In this document: positions 1 to 8,900 of the stretch, one piece after another
How the letters are laid out: each line of letters starts with the position of its first letter
How positions within the stretch are numbered: position 1 is the first letter of the stretch
NCBI GenBank assembly: GCA_034520885.1
Contig: JAXHNE010000004.1
Location: 9,983 to 73,982, forward strand
Direction of reading: 5' to 3'
Source of the DNA: Candidatus Saccharimonadota bacterium
GTDB lineage: Bacteria > Patescibacteriota > Saccharimonadia > Saccharimonadales > JAXHNE01
Length of the DNA: 64,000 nucleotides
Program-made: the position numbers and the translations under genes
The notes under the pieces: generated by a model
Told to the model about the DNA's origin: nothing
What the model saw: only the letters and a program-made list of their open reading frames with translations
Database searches by the model: none

Positions 1-2
1 TA

Positions 3-98
3 GGGCAAGTATTGACGCTTTTGCCTCGGCCGCCAATGACGGTCACCTACGAGGAGTCCATGCGATTACCAACCGGAGTGGGGATGGAGGAGCAATGA
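3..98 (+). CDS. 3' end of a hypothetical protein (partial, runs off the window start)
   Basis: Open frame from position 3 to TGA at 96-98, overlapping the next ATG (ATGA). Confidence 0.35.
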   Translation, partial: GQVLTLLPRPPMTVTYEESMRLPTGVGMEEQ

Positions 99-487
99 TT
101 GCTGGTCTAGTGTCTGCAGCAATTAATATTTCTATTGAAGGGGTGGAGTCACTTTATGCGTATCCACAAAAAAGATCGGAACGAAAACCGAGCGGGGTAA
201 TGAGTGCGAGAATCCTTGAAAATTTGATCACTATTCGAGGAATTAACCCCGGTAAAAAGGACGAGTCGTTGGCGGTCGCATTCATCGGCGATAAACCGTC
301 CGATATACAAGAAGCGCAACTCATGCATAATGATTTCGGTTTTCCCGTGGTCGGTTTTATGGTTCCCCGTCTTGGGGGCAGCGACCACCCCCTAGATAGA
401 CTTTTTGGAAAGCGAATGAGTGCGAATTCCGTGCGGGAGCAGTTAAGCTCGACGGCGCTTAAACGATACATAAAGGAGGAAGTGTAA
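95..487 (+). CDS. hypothetical protein
   Basis: 130-aa ORF whose stop overlaps the thrS start (TAATG). No recognisable motif. Confidence 0.55.
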   Translation: MIAGLVSAAINISIEGVESLYAYPQKRSERKPSGVMSARILENLITIRGINPGKKDESLAVAFIGDKPSDIQEAQLMHNDFGFPVVGFMVPRLGGSDHPLDRLFGKRMSANSVREQLSSTALKRYIKEEV

Positions 488-2355
488 TGAGTGAAAAACA
501 GGATAAGTTGTATGCAATGCGGCATAGTTTGGCGCATATTATGGCAACCGCCGTTACGCGGCTGTGGCCGAAAGTAAAGCTGGGCGTCGGCCCGGTAGTG
601 GAAACCGGTTTTTACTACGACATCGATCTGGGTGACAAGCACCTTTCGGAGGAAGATTTTGAGAAGATCGAAGCCGAAATGCACAAAATCATCAAGGAAG
701 ACCAACCCTTTGAAAAGTCCGAAAAACCCATAGACGACGCCATTTTATGGGCCAGGGAAAACAACCAACCCTATAAGGAAGAGCTACTAAATGACTTAAA
801 ACGCGAAGGTACTACTCTGGCCAGTGAGCTGGACGCCGCTACCATGGGTATCGGGTTGCCAGCGGGTATTACCGGCGCTACGCCGGCCAAAGCGCGCGTC
901 GGTGACGTGTCGTTTTATACCAACGGTGACTTTACCGATTTGTGCCGCGGGCCGCACGTGGAATCCACCGGAAAAGTCGGTGCTTTTAAATTGATGCGCG
1001 TGGCCGGTGCCTACTGGCGCGGCGATGAAAACAAACCGCAAATGCAGCGACTGTACGGCGTAGCCTTTGATACGCCAAAGGAACTCCGCCAACATCTGGA
1101 TATGCTAGAAGAGGCCAAAAAACGTGACCATCGTAAACTTGGCCAGGAACTGGACTTATTCGTGATATCCGACCTCGTCGGGCCCGGTCTACCGCTGTTT
1201 ACGCCGCGTGGCACCATTTTGCGGGACGAACTCGGCAAATTCACGCAAGAACTTCGATCCGCGAACGGTTTCAAGCGGATCCATACTCCAAGTATCGCCA
1301 AACGAGATCTGTACAAAACCAGCGGGCACTGGGATAAGTTCGGCAACGAACTGTTTTTGGTGACCAGTCAGGAATCCAGCGAGGAGTTCGTGTTGCGCCC
1401 GATGAACTGCCCGCACCATATTCAAATTTATGCCTCCGCGCCGCGAAGCTATAAGGATCTCCCCTTAAAATACATGGAAAATGCCTCTGATTATCGGGAC
1501 GAAAAAACCGGAGAATTACACGGTTTAAGCCGCGTGCGTGCCTTTACGCAAGACGATAGCCACGTATTTGCTCGGGAGGATCAAATAAAAGAGGTGGCGA
1601 CCGAGTTGGTCGAAGCCGCCAATGACATGTATAAACAGCTGGATATGCGGCTTCAGTTTCGTCTGAGTTTCCGGGACGAAAGCGAAGGATATCTGGGCGA
1701 TCCCCGGCTATGGGAGCAAGCCCAAGCCAGGATTGAAGAGCTCGCCCAAGAAAACGATCTGGATTACTTCGTGGAAGAAGGTGAAGCGGCCTTTTACGGT
1801 CCGAAAATCGACTTTTTAGCGACGGATGCTTTGGGTCGACAGTGGCAAGTGGCCACGGTACAGCTGGACTTCGTTCAGCCCAATCGTTTTGAGCTGGAAT
1901 ACGTGAACGAAAAGGGTGAGCCGGCAACTCCCGTAATGATACATTGCGCGCTACTGGGTTCCATTGAGCGCTTTTTGTCCGTGTACATCGAGCATACGGC
2001 CGGAAAGTTTCCGGTTTGGTTAGCTCCGGAACAGGTGCGCATTATTACGGTAAATCAGGAGGATGAAACCATCGCTTTTGCCAACAAAGTGGTTGAGCAA
2101 GCCAATGAATTGGGGTTACGCGTGGAGCTGGATAACTCTCACGAATCGGTCGGCAAAAAAATTAGAAACGCCGAAGTTATGAAGGTGCCTTACACCATTG
2201 TTTTAGGCGAAAAAGAAATTCAGTCCGGCGAAGTCGTGCCCCGCGTTCGCGGCGATATGGAAGTGCAAAAACCGCATGCAGCTCACGAGGTAGAAAAATT
2301 CTTAAAATCCGTCACCAACGAAGCCAAATCCCGCACCACAAAATCCAGCCTATGA
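487..2355 (+). CDS. thrS: threonine--tRNA ligase
   Basis: RHSLAH, DLCRGPH, KRDHRKLG, RPMNCPHH, GLSRVRAFTQDD and AFYGPKID motifs. Confidence 0.98.
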   Translation: MSEKQDKLYAMRHSLAHIMATAVTRLWPKVKLGVGPVVETGFYYDIDLGDKHLSEEDFEKIEAEMHKIIKEDQPFEKSEKPIDDAILWARENNQPYKEELLNDLKREGTTLASELDAATMGIGLPAGITGATPAKARVGDVSFYTNGDFTDLCRGPHVESTGKVGAFKLMRVAGAYWRGDENKPQMQRLYGVAFDTPKELRQHLDMLEEAKKRDHRKLGQELDLFVISDLVGPGLPLFTPRGTILRDELGKFTQELRSANGFKRIHTPSIAKRDLYKTSGHWDKFGNELFLVTSQESSEEFVLRPMNCPHHIQIYASAPRSYKDLPLKYMENASDYRDEKTGELHGLSRVRAFTQDDSHVFAREDQIKEVATELVEAANDMYKQLDMRLQFRLSFRDESEGYLGDPRLWEQAQARIEELAQENDLDYFVEEGEAAFYGPKIDFLATDALGRQWQVATVQLDFVQPNRFELEYVNEKGEPATPVMIHCALLGSIERFLSVYIEHTAGKFPVWLAPEQVRIITVNQEDETIAFANKVVEQANELGLRVELDNSHESVGKKIRNAEVMKVPYTIVLGEKEIQSGEVVPRVRGDMEVQKPHAAHEVEKFLKSVTNEAKSRTTKSSL

Positions 2356-2630
2356 AAAAACTCAATAACTACTACAAATTAGCAGTCGTTTCGGGAGCCG
2401 CTGTGCTGTTATCCGGCACTTTGCTCATTTTTATTTTTATGGATATGTATAAAATTTCAGACGAAACCCTGAATGCTACGAACGTGGAAAAACGGGTGGC
2501 AAGCGAGAAGCTGGATAATTATCAAACATATACGAGAATTTTAATGCCGGTGATTGGGGTTGCGTTCGTGGCCTTTATCGTTTTTGCGGTTTTGGGTTTT
2601 TATCGTGAACCATCAAATTCGAAAAAGTGA
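2352..2630 (+). CDS. small membrane protein (2 TM)
   Basis: Two hydrophobic segments. ATGA overlap with thrS. Confidence 0.7.
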   Translation: MKKLNNYYKLAVVSGAAVLLSGTLLIFIFMDMYKISDETLNATNVEKRVASEKLDNYQTYTRILMPVIGVAFVAFIVFAVLGFYREPSNSKK

Positions 2631-3744
2631 CTTTCGCAAGGAAGTAGAGATCTTGGTGGCGCGAATTCCCAAAGGGCGGGTGATGACTTACGGGCAGTTG
2701 GCGGCGCTTTGCGGACGGCCGCGGGCAGCCCGAATTGTCGGCGGAATAGCTCACTTTGGCGACCCTGAGTTGCCCTGGCACAGAGTCGTCAACAAACAAG
2801 GCGGACTTGCCAGCGGCTACCCCGGAGGCAAGTTTGCCCACCAGCAACATCTAGAGAGTGAAGGCGTCGAGGTGTCCGATGATTATTGTGTTGACGTAAA
2901 AAAGTTACTATGGCGCCCAGGTGACGTAGAAGCTAGTGCTATGGTGCTAAATTCCAACTTCCAACGTCCAACCCCTAAACCACCTTTGGTGGTTATAGTG
3001 GGGCCGACGGCGAGCGGGAAGTCAGCACTGGGTATGCAGCTGGCTAAGAAGTTTGGCGGAGAAATAATCTGTGCGGATTCACGCACTGTTTACAAAGGCT
3101 TGGATATAGGCACGGCCAAACCGAGCCAAGAAGACCAAGAAACGATACCGCATCACTTACTGGACGTAGTGGATCCCGGCGAATCGTTTAATGTAGTGGA
3201 TTTTAAGCGTTTGGCGAACCAAGCGATTAACGAAATTTCCGCACGAGGTAAGTTGCCGATAATGGTCGGCGGAAGCGGGCTCTACACTGACGCCGTACTT
3301 TTTGATTATGAGTTTTCCGCACCATCGGCTCCACGCGACCCGCAAAATCCCCGGCACCTGCACAAGGAAGCGCCGCGCTCGCGAAAACCGCTTCGCCCCG
3401 ATACGTTAATTATAGGTACGTCCATGGAACGGCACGAGCTGAAAAAACGAATTTCCAAGCGGGTGGAAGGTATGATTGAAGCCGGGCTGGCTGAAGAAGT
3501 AAGATGGCTCGCACAAAAATTCCCCGAGTCAAAAGCACTGCAAGCCCCGGGATACAGAGCGGTTTTACGTTACTTTGAAAACGATATTTCCCTGCAGGAA
3601 GCCAAGAATTTGTTCATCCAAAATGACTACCGGCTCGCTAAGCGGCAAATGACATGGTTCGGGCGTAACGAATATATTCAATGGGCCAAAGACCAGAGGC
3701 AGGCTGTAGAGTTTGCAACAACATTTTTGTACAAATATCGGTAG
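2605..3744 (+). CDS. miaA: alkyltransferase-like (MGMT/ATL) domain fused to tRNA dimethylallyltransferase MiaA
   Basis: N-terminal IPKGRVMTYGQLA...PWHRVV (ATL). C-terminal GPTASGKS, DSRTVYKGLDIGTAKP and AKRQMTWF (MiaA). GTG start at 2605 is inferred; an internal ATG exists at 2941. Confidence 0.9.
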   Translation: MNHQIRKSDFRKEVEILVARIPKGRVMTYGQLAALCGRPRAARIVGGIAHFGDPELPWHRVVNKQGGLASGYPGGKFAHQQHLESEGVEVSDDYCVDVKKLLWRPGDVEASAMVLNSNFQRPTPKPPLVVIVGPTASGKSALGMQLAKKFGGEIICADSRTVYKGLDIGTAKPSQEDQETIPHHLLDVVDPGESFNVVDFKRLANQAINEISARGKLPIMVGGSGLYTDAVLFDYEFSAPSAPRDPQNPRHLHKEAPRSRKPLRPDTLIIGTSMERHELKKRISKRVEGMIEAGLAEEVRWLAQKFPESKALQAPGYRAVLRYFENDISLQEAKNLFIQNDYRLAKRQMTWFGRNEYIQWAKDQRQAVEFATTFLYKYR

Positions 3745-3775
3745 ATGCCGGGTATTTATCTGTTACAATGGATCC

Positions 3776-4444
3776 ATGATCGAGCAACTTTTTGGGTCGA
3801 AAACACGCGTAAAACTACTGCAATTATTCTACAGCCACCCCAACCGGTCTTTTTACGTACGTGAAATTACTCGCAAAATCGAGGAACAAATAAATTCCGT
3901 ACGCAGGGAGTTATCCAACTTGCTGAGCGTCGGTCTCATTAAGTCTTCGACTCACAACAACCGTTTGTATTACGAAGTCAACCAAGATTATGAGTTTTAT
4001 GAAGCACTGTCTCAAATTTTCGGTAAAGGCGTAACCGCCACGAAGAAGGCCGACCAAGCAGAGCCGAGCGAGGTCAGCGATATCAAGGAGCTGGGCAACG
4101 TAAGCTTGGCATTTTACACCGGGCAATTTACCCGGGATAACTTAGCGGGCGTGGACTTGGTTATCGTCGGAGATGTAAACCAGACGAAGGTAGAGAAGTT
4201 CGTGGCGGATATGGAGCAAAAAGAAGGCAAAGAGATTCGCTTTGCGGTAATGACCATGGATGAATTCCAGTATCGTCAGCAAGTGAACGACCGGTTCATT
4301 ACGTTGGCGGAAGATGCCAAAAAACAAGTGGTGATCGACAAGGAGAATATTTATACCGAAAATCCGGACAAAGAGCCGCAACCCGCCAAAAAAGAAGAAA
4401 CCTCCAAACGCAAACCAAGCAAGAAAACCAAATCAAAGGAGTAA
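3776..4444 (+). CDS. winged-helix DNA-binding protein with nucleotidyltransferase-like C-terminus (CPR-typical)
   Basis: LFGSKTRVKLL...YVREITR...NSVRREL HTH and VDLVIVGD motif. ATG at 3776 sits 6 nt after TACAAT. Confidence 0.8.
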   Translation: MIEQLFGSKTRVKLLQLFYSHPNRSFYVREITRKIEEQINSVRRELSNLLSVGLIKSSTHNNRLYYEVNQDYEFYEALSQIFGKGVTATKKADQAEPSEVSDIKELGNVSLAFYTGQFTRDNLAGVDLVIVGDVNQTKVEKFVADMEQKEGKEIRFAVMTMDEFQYRQQVNDRFITLAEDAKKQVVIDKENIYTENPDKEPQPAKKEETSKRKPSKKTKSKE

Positions 4445-4447
4445 AAG

Positions 4448-5074
4448 ATGGAAATTCAATATTTCGGCGCTAATTGCATTCGAATTGTTTACAAAAAAAC
4501 CGGTTTCGTCATTGATGACAATCTCAGTGAACTCGGCCTAAATCCCGTCACCAAAGAAGGAGACGTGTTTTTAAGAACGCACGGTGAGTTCACGCCGAAT
4601 AAAAAACCAAAGCTAGTCGTTGACGGTCCCGGTGAATATGAAGTCTCTGACGTGTCCGTTAAAGCCATTGCCGCGCGTGCGCACATGGACGAAGAAGGGA
4701 AGAACGCAGCGACAATGTTCAAGCTGGATATCGCCGACGTGCGTATTGCCGTTACCGGGCACATTTATCCCGAGCTTACCGACGAACAGTTGGAAGAAAT
4801 GGGCACGGTTGACATGCTAATCGTCCCGGTCGGGAATGCCGGGTATACGCTGGATGCCATCGGCGCGGGTAAGATTATTAAAAAATTCGAGCCTAAAATC
4901 GTGATTCCGACGCACTACGCCGATAAAGCAGTGAAATACGAAGTACCACAAACGTCACTGGAAGACGCCATTAAAGAGTTGCCCTTTGAAATGAAGGAAA
5001 AAGTCGCCAAGTTCAAGGTGAAACATTCCGATATCCCGGATATTCCCGAAATCGTTATTCTCGAAAGGCAGTAA
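4448..5074 (+). CDS. MBL-fold metallo-hydrolase-like protein
   Basis: GPGEYEV, VDMLIVPVG and PKIVIPTHY motifs. Confidence 0.8.
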   Translation: MEIQYFGANCIRIVYKKTGFVIDDNLSELGLNPVTKEGDVFLRTHGEFTPNKKPKLVVDGPGEYEVSDVSVKAIAARAHMDEEGKNAATMFKLDIADVRIAVTGHIYPELTDEQLEEMGTVDMLIVPVGNAGYTLDAIGAGKIIKKFEPKIVIPTHYADKAVKYEVPQTSLEDAIKELPFEMKEKVAKFKVKHSDIPDIPEIVILERQ

Positions 5075-5088
5075 TCGCCGCGACTTTA

Positions 5089-5121
5089 ATAAAAAAACTC
5101 CTCATTTCCGAGGAGTTTTTT
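5089..5121. terminator. bidirectional intrinsic terminator
   Basis: aaaaaaactcctc-atttcc-gaggagttttttt between convergent genes. Confidence 0.8.
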
Positions 5122-5143
5122 GCGTGTTTTGAAAAGCCTAGAG

Positions 5144-5338
5144 CTAGTTAGCGATTAATCCCTTTTTCTTGAGGGTGCGAATGGCTTGCGTGCTGAGCTT
5201 CATCTTGGTCTTTTTTCCGTCAACCATAACCGTTTTCGTCTGGAGGTTCGGTTTCCAGGTCTTTTTGGTGTGGCGCTGCGAAAAACTGACATTACTGCCG
5301 TATTGTTTGCCTTTACCGGTAAGTTCGCATCTTTGCAT
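5144..5338 (-). CDS. rpmB: 50S ribosomal protein L28
   Basis: CELTGK...GSNVSFSQRHTKKTWKPNLQ. Confidence 0.95.
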   Translation of the reverse strand: MQRCELTGKGKQYGSNVSFSQRHTKKTWKPNLQTKTVMVDGKKTKMKLSTQAIRTLKKKGLIAN

Positions 5339-5502
5339 GGTTAATCCTTTACCTCTTCGGATTTATTGAGATTCAAGGGATGATTGTACCGACAAACCCC
5401 TTAAAAGTCAACACATCATATGCCGCGCCGGCCGGGAAAAACGTTACCTTATCTACCTTTCGTTCCTGCCCGTACCGAACTTATCAAAAATATCGATGAT
5501 AA

Positions 5503-5542
5503 ATTACCACAAACATGTCCGATCGGACATGTTTGTGGTAAT
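5503..5542. repeat. perfect 40-bp palindrome
   Basis: attaccacaaacatgtccga|tcggacatgtttgtggtaat, with no loop. Confidence 0.9.
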
Positions 5543-5603
5543 GTTTTTTAGTTTTTATTTTTTGGGGCGGGCGGTCGGGCAGTGGCTGGTATACTGGTGA
5601 GGT

Positions 5604-6230
5604 ATGTTTGATAGCAATATTACCATTATGGTCATTGCCATTGCTTGTATTTTGGTGTCCATGACGCTTCACGAAGCCATGCACGCCTACAGTAGTTATT
5701 GGCTCGGGGATGACACCGCCAAACTACAAGGAAGACTCTCACTCAACCCGTTAAAACATATTGATCCGATTTTAACGATTGCCATACCGGCGCTTCTAGC
5801 GTTATCCGGCGGCCCGATATTCGGTGCCGCCCGCCCGGTGCCGTTTAACCCGTTTCGGGTGAAGTTCGAGGAGTTCGGAGCGGCCCTAGTCGGTATTGCC
5901 GGGCCGCTGACCAACCTGGTGTTAGCCTTGGCCGGAGCGGGAATTTTGCGATTGTTTATCGGCGACATGTCGCAAACGGTGATAAATGTTTTCGTGATAT
6001 TCATCCAGGTGAATATCGGCTTTTTCGTGTTTAATATGATTCCGTTCCCACCACTGGACGGCTCGCGGGTTTTTTACGCGGTCGCGCCCGAACCCGTGCA
6101 AAACGTTATGCGCACCATCGAGTCGTTCGGTTTGATGGGGTTGTTTTTGTTCTTGTTCGTTGCGCTACCAGTGATTTCTCCGGTGCTGAGCTCTATTATG
6201 CGAAGCATCACGAATTACTTGCTTCTTTAG
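5604..6230 (+). CDS. site-2 protease, peptidase M50 family
   Basis: HEAMH zinc motif, NMIPFPPLDG motif and multiple TM segments. Confidence 0.92.
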   Translation: MFDSNITIMVIAIACILVSMTLHEAMHAYSSYWLGDDTAKLQGRLSLNPLKHIDPILTIAIPALLALSGGPIFGAARPVPFNPFRVKFEEFGAALVGIAGPLTNLVLALAGAGILRLFIGDMSQTVINVFVIFIQVNIGFFVFNMIPFPPLDGSRVFYAVAPEPVQNVMRTIESFGLMGLFLFLFVALPVISPVLSSIMRSITNYLLL

Positions 6231-6256
6231 CTCGTAATTAGTAGAGTTCGTGGTGG

Positions 6257-6398
6257 TGCTTAGCGCCGGATCGGCCAAAATGATAATCTGAACACTTATC
6301 ATAAAGGGAGCTCAATATTCGTATGTCGCCGTGGCGGCATCGTGCGGGCACCCACCTGGGAAACGACCAGGTTGTCATGGCCGATCTAGCAGTAAGCA
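6257..6398 (+). ncRNA. ssrS: 6S RNA (compact)
   Basis: Rod-like fold (gatcggcca/tggccgatc; atgataatctg/caggttgtcat) around a central bubble. Motifs AACAC..GGGAGC and GGCACCCACCTG..CAGGTT resemble Firmicute 6S RNAs as I recall them. Confidence 0.75.
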
Positions 6399-6399
6399 T

Positions 6400-6445
6400 A
6401 AAAATCCTCCGTGGCTTCGCAAAAAAAAGCGAAGCGACGGAGGAT
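6400..6445. terminator. hairpin terminator between 6S RNA and tRNA-Pro
   Basis: atcctccgt..gcttcgc / gcgaagc..acggaggat, with a U-run on the minus strand. Confidence 0.6.
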
Positions 6446-6521
6446 GGTCGGGGATGCGGGATTTGAACCCACGACCTCACGGCCCCCAGCCGTGCGCGCT
6501 ACCGAGCTGCGCCAATCCCCG
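6445..6521 (-). tRNA. tRNA-Pro(GGG)
   Basis: CGGGGATTGGCGCAGCTCGGTAGCGCG CACGG-CT-GGG-GG-CCGTG ... GGTTCAAATCC ... CCA. Confidence 0.97.
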
Positions 6522-6630
6522 ATGATCTACATTTTATAGCATCAATACGTAATCACCATGATTTTTCCCGGTAGTGGTTCGTGATCAAACTAGTAGCGTT
6601 TACGTATGCAGTATCTGTTAAAATGTAAGC

Positions 6631-7311
6631 ATGTGGCAGGAGAAAAACCAAAAATTATATAAGAAGTTCACTTTTAAGGACTTTGTTGAGGCGTTGGACT
6701 TTATTAACCGGGTGGGCGCGATGGCCGAGGAACATAGTCATCACCCGACCATCGAAAACACGTTTAACACCGTAGAATTGAAGCTCAGCACTCACGACGC
6801 CGGCGATAAGGTCACCGAAAAAGATAAAAAACTCGCCAAGGCGATTGATGAGCTTTTGCGGGAAGAAGCTGACGAAAAAGAGGAGAGTACCTCTCCCCAT
6901 AACGGAAAAGTCAAACTGTATTGCGATGGCGGATCACGCGGCAACCCCGGACCGTCGGCGGCCGGGTACGTACTGCTGAACAAAGACGACCAGGTGATCC
7001 ATAAAAGCGGGGTATACCTGGGGGTCACGACCAATAATCAGGCGGAATACCAATCTTTAAAATTCGGCCTGGAGGAAGCGCAAAAACAGGGTGCTCACCA
7101 CGTTGACGTATTCATGGACAGCATGCTGGTAGTCAATCAAATGACCGGAAAGTTCAAAATAAAAAATCGTGATCTGTGGCCGATACATCACTCCATTAAG
7201 GAACTAAGCCAGGAATTTAAAAAGGTGAATTATTCCCATGTGCCGCGAGAACTCAATAAACTGGCCGACGCCGAAGTAAACGTCGTACTTGACGCACAAA
7301 AAAACACCTAG
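6631..7311 (+). CDS. pterin-4a-carbinolamine dehydratase domain fused to RNase HI-family domain
   Basis: N-terminal FKDFVEA..HHP..LSTHDAG (PCD/PhhB). C-terminal DGGSRGNPG, TNNQAEY, DS.LVV.Q and HVPRELNKLAD (RNase H). Confidence 0.88.
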   Translation: MWQEKNQKLYKKFTFKDFVEALDFINRVGAMAEEHSHHPTIENTFNTVELKLSTHDAGDKVTEKDKKLAKAIDELLREEADEKEESTSPHNGKVKLYCDGGSRGNPGPSAAGYVLLNKDDQVIHKSGVYLGVTTNNQAEYQSLKFGLEEAQKQGAHHVDVFMDSMLVVNQMTGKFKIKNRDLWPIHHSIKELSQEFKKVNYSHVPRELNKLADAEVNVVLDAQKNT

Positions 7312-7328
7312 TACGTCCAGGTGTTTTA

Positions 7329-7676
7329 GCGGTATTCTATAAGCCGGGTTCTGTTCCACCGGGAGGTGGAGCTAATCATCTATCTAGTCCGCTAATTGCT
7401 TAACGGATCGAGCGGTTCTTGTAACGCACCCCGGGCGGGAAACCGTTGTTGGGGTGCGTCTCCTTGCAGCAGGCAGGGTTTACCTCCTCCGCATGTCACC
7501 ATACGGAGCCGTGGGCTTTTACCCCACTCGTTTCACCTGTTCCACGAATGTGGAAGTTTCGTTTCTGTGGCACTTTCCCTGGAGTTTCCCCCGGTTGCTG
7601 TTAGCAACTGCCTTTCCCTGTGCTGCCCGGACTTTCCTCCTGGCTCTTAAAGAGCAGGCGATTAGCCGAATACCGC
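7329..7676 (-). ncRNA. rnpB: RNase P RNA
   Basis: Minus strand has GAGGAAAGTCCGGGC near the 5' end and ACAGAACCCGGCTTAT near the 3' end. P1 is GCGGTATTC/GAATACCGC. Confidence 0.96.
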
Positions 7677-7681
7677 GTGGA

Positions 7682-7711
7682 ATTATACAGTGAGTTTTAT
7701 AAAAACATCAA
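7682..7711 (-). promoter_or_regulatory. sigma70-type promoter of rnpB
   Basis: TTGATG-18 nt-TATAAT, ending 5 nt before the P1 5' end. Confidence 0.6.
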
Positions 7712-7715
7712 TGGT

Positions 7716-7808
7716 TTAAGAGGCATCGGGCTCGTGTCTGTGGGTAAAACCGTCAAGAAATTCAACGTCCGGCGGAACCCATTCGGGGTTCGAATCTCCA
7801 TACGACAT
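7716..7808 (-). CDS. putative 30-aa small protein MSYGDSNPEWVPPDVEFLDGFTHRHEPDAS
   Basis: GGGAG lies 6 nt before the ATG. Located downstream of rplT and below the ORF-track cutoff. Confidence 0.4.
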   Translation of the reverse strand: MSYGDSNPEWVPPDVEFLDGFTHRHEPDAS

Positions 7809-7853
7809 CGTTATCTCCCTATACCTCTACCCGTTACCAGTTGGTTCTTCTTG

Positions 7854-8195
7854 CTATTTGGCGGCTTTAACGACCGCTTCGAAAGCTTTCGGTTCGTTTA
7901 CGGCCAATTCGGCAAGTACTTTTCGGTCCAGCTCCACGTTGGCTTTTTTCAGCCCGGCAATTAACTTTCCGTAGGTGGTGCCGTTTTGACGGGCGGCCGC
8001 GTTAATTCGCGCGTTCCAAAGCTGGCGAAAAGTTCGCTTGCGGTTCTTTCGGTCACGAGTGGCGTGTACCAGTGATTTGGTAATCGCTTGTTTCCCGCGG
8101 CGATAGCTGGCGCGGTGCGTCTTGGCCATGCCCTTTGTGCTTTTTCGAATATCACGCTGTTTTCGATGTTTGGTAACGCCTCGTTTCACACGCAT
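7854..8195 (-). CDS. rplT: 50S ribosomal protein L20
   Basis: MRVKRG...RDRKNRKRTFRQLW..RINAAAR...DRKVLAELA. Confidence 0.97.
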   Translation of the reverse strand: MRVKRGVTKHRKQRDIRKSTKGMAKTHRASYRRGKQAITKSLVHATRDRKNRKRTFRQLWNARINAAARQNGTTYGKLIAGLKKANVELDRKVLAELAVNEPKAFEAVVKAAK

Positions 8196-8392
8196 TATTT
8201 GGCTCCCAAATTCTTCTTGATATTTTTGGCTTCTTTCCCGGTCACTTGTGCGGGGATAGAAAAGCTACGCTTGCGGGCAGCGGACTTCTTGCGCAAAAAG
8301 TGGTTGCTCATGGAACGGCCACGCAACACCTTCCCATTCTTGGTGATGCGAATACGCTGTTTGGTGCCGCTATGAGTTTTTAGCTTTGGCAT
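8195..8392 (-). CDS. rpmI: 50S ribosomal protein L35
   Basis: MPKLKTHSGTKQRIRIT..GK. Located between infC and rplT. Confidence 0.96.
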   Translation of the reverse strand: MPKLKTHSGTKQRIRITKNGKVLRGRSMSNHFLRKKSAARKRSFSIPAQVTGKEAKNIKKNLGAK

Positions 8393-8900
8393 TGGTGTTG
8401 CTCCTTATTACGAAATTTAGTTGGCGACCGGCCAGTTGCGGTTTTTGATCGACGACAATCTGATCGCCGAAGTAGTCAATAACTTTGTCAGCCAGATCGA
8501 ACCCCAAATCTTTATGGGCATTTTCCCGACCGCGGTAGAATACCGTGATCTTGGTTTTATGTCCAGCGTCCAAAAATTTCTGCACCTTCCTGAGCTTAAC
8601 CTGCAGATCATGATCGCTAATCTTGATCCCCAACCGCATTTGCTTTAGCTCGGAAGCTTTGGCGTTGCGCTTGCTTTTTTGAAGCTGCTTGGTCTTTTGA
8701 TAATTAAATTTACCCCAGTCAACAATTTTTACTACCGGTGGATCGGCGTTGGGAGAAATCTCGACGAGGTCGAGCCCATACTCAGTAGCGGTTTGTAACG
8801 CTTCGGCGCGCGACATGACCCCAAGCTGATCGCCTTGATCGTTGATGACGCGCAACTGTGGAGCTCGAATCTGCTGATTCAAGCGAGTATGTTTAGTAAT
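8370..8900 (-). CDS. infC: translation initiation factor IF-3 (ATT start)
   Basis: NQQIRAPQLRVI, DLVEISPNADPPVVKI and KISDHDL motifs. In-frame ATT at 8900-8898 follows AAGGAG. Confidence 0.95.
   Translation of the reverse strand: MTKHTRLNQQIRAPQLRVINDQGDQLGVMSRAEALQTATEYGLDLVEISPNADPPVVKIVDWGKFNYQKTKQLQKSKRNAKASELKQMRLGIKISDHDLQVKLRKVQKFLDAGHKTKITVFYRGRENAHKDLGFDLADKVIDYFGDQIVVDQKPQLAGRQLNFVIRSNTNAKAKNS

Noticed and set aside
7783-7800. ggggttcgaatctcc T-arm-like motif suggesting a tRNA or tmRNA
   Set aside because: No acceptor stem, D-arm or CCA. It is better explained as the antisense of the small ORF.
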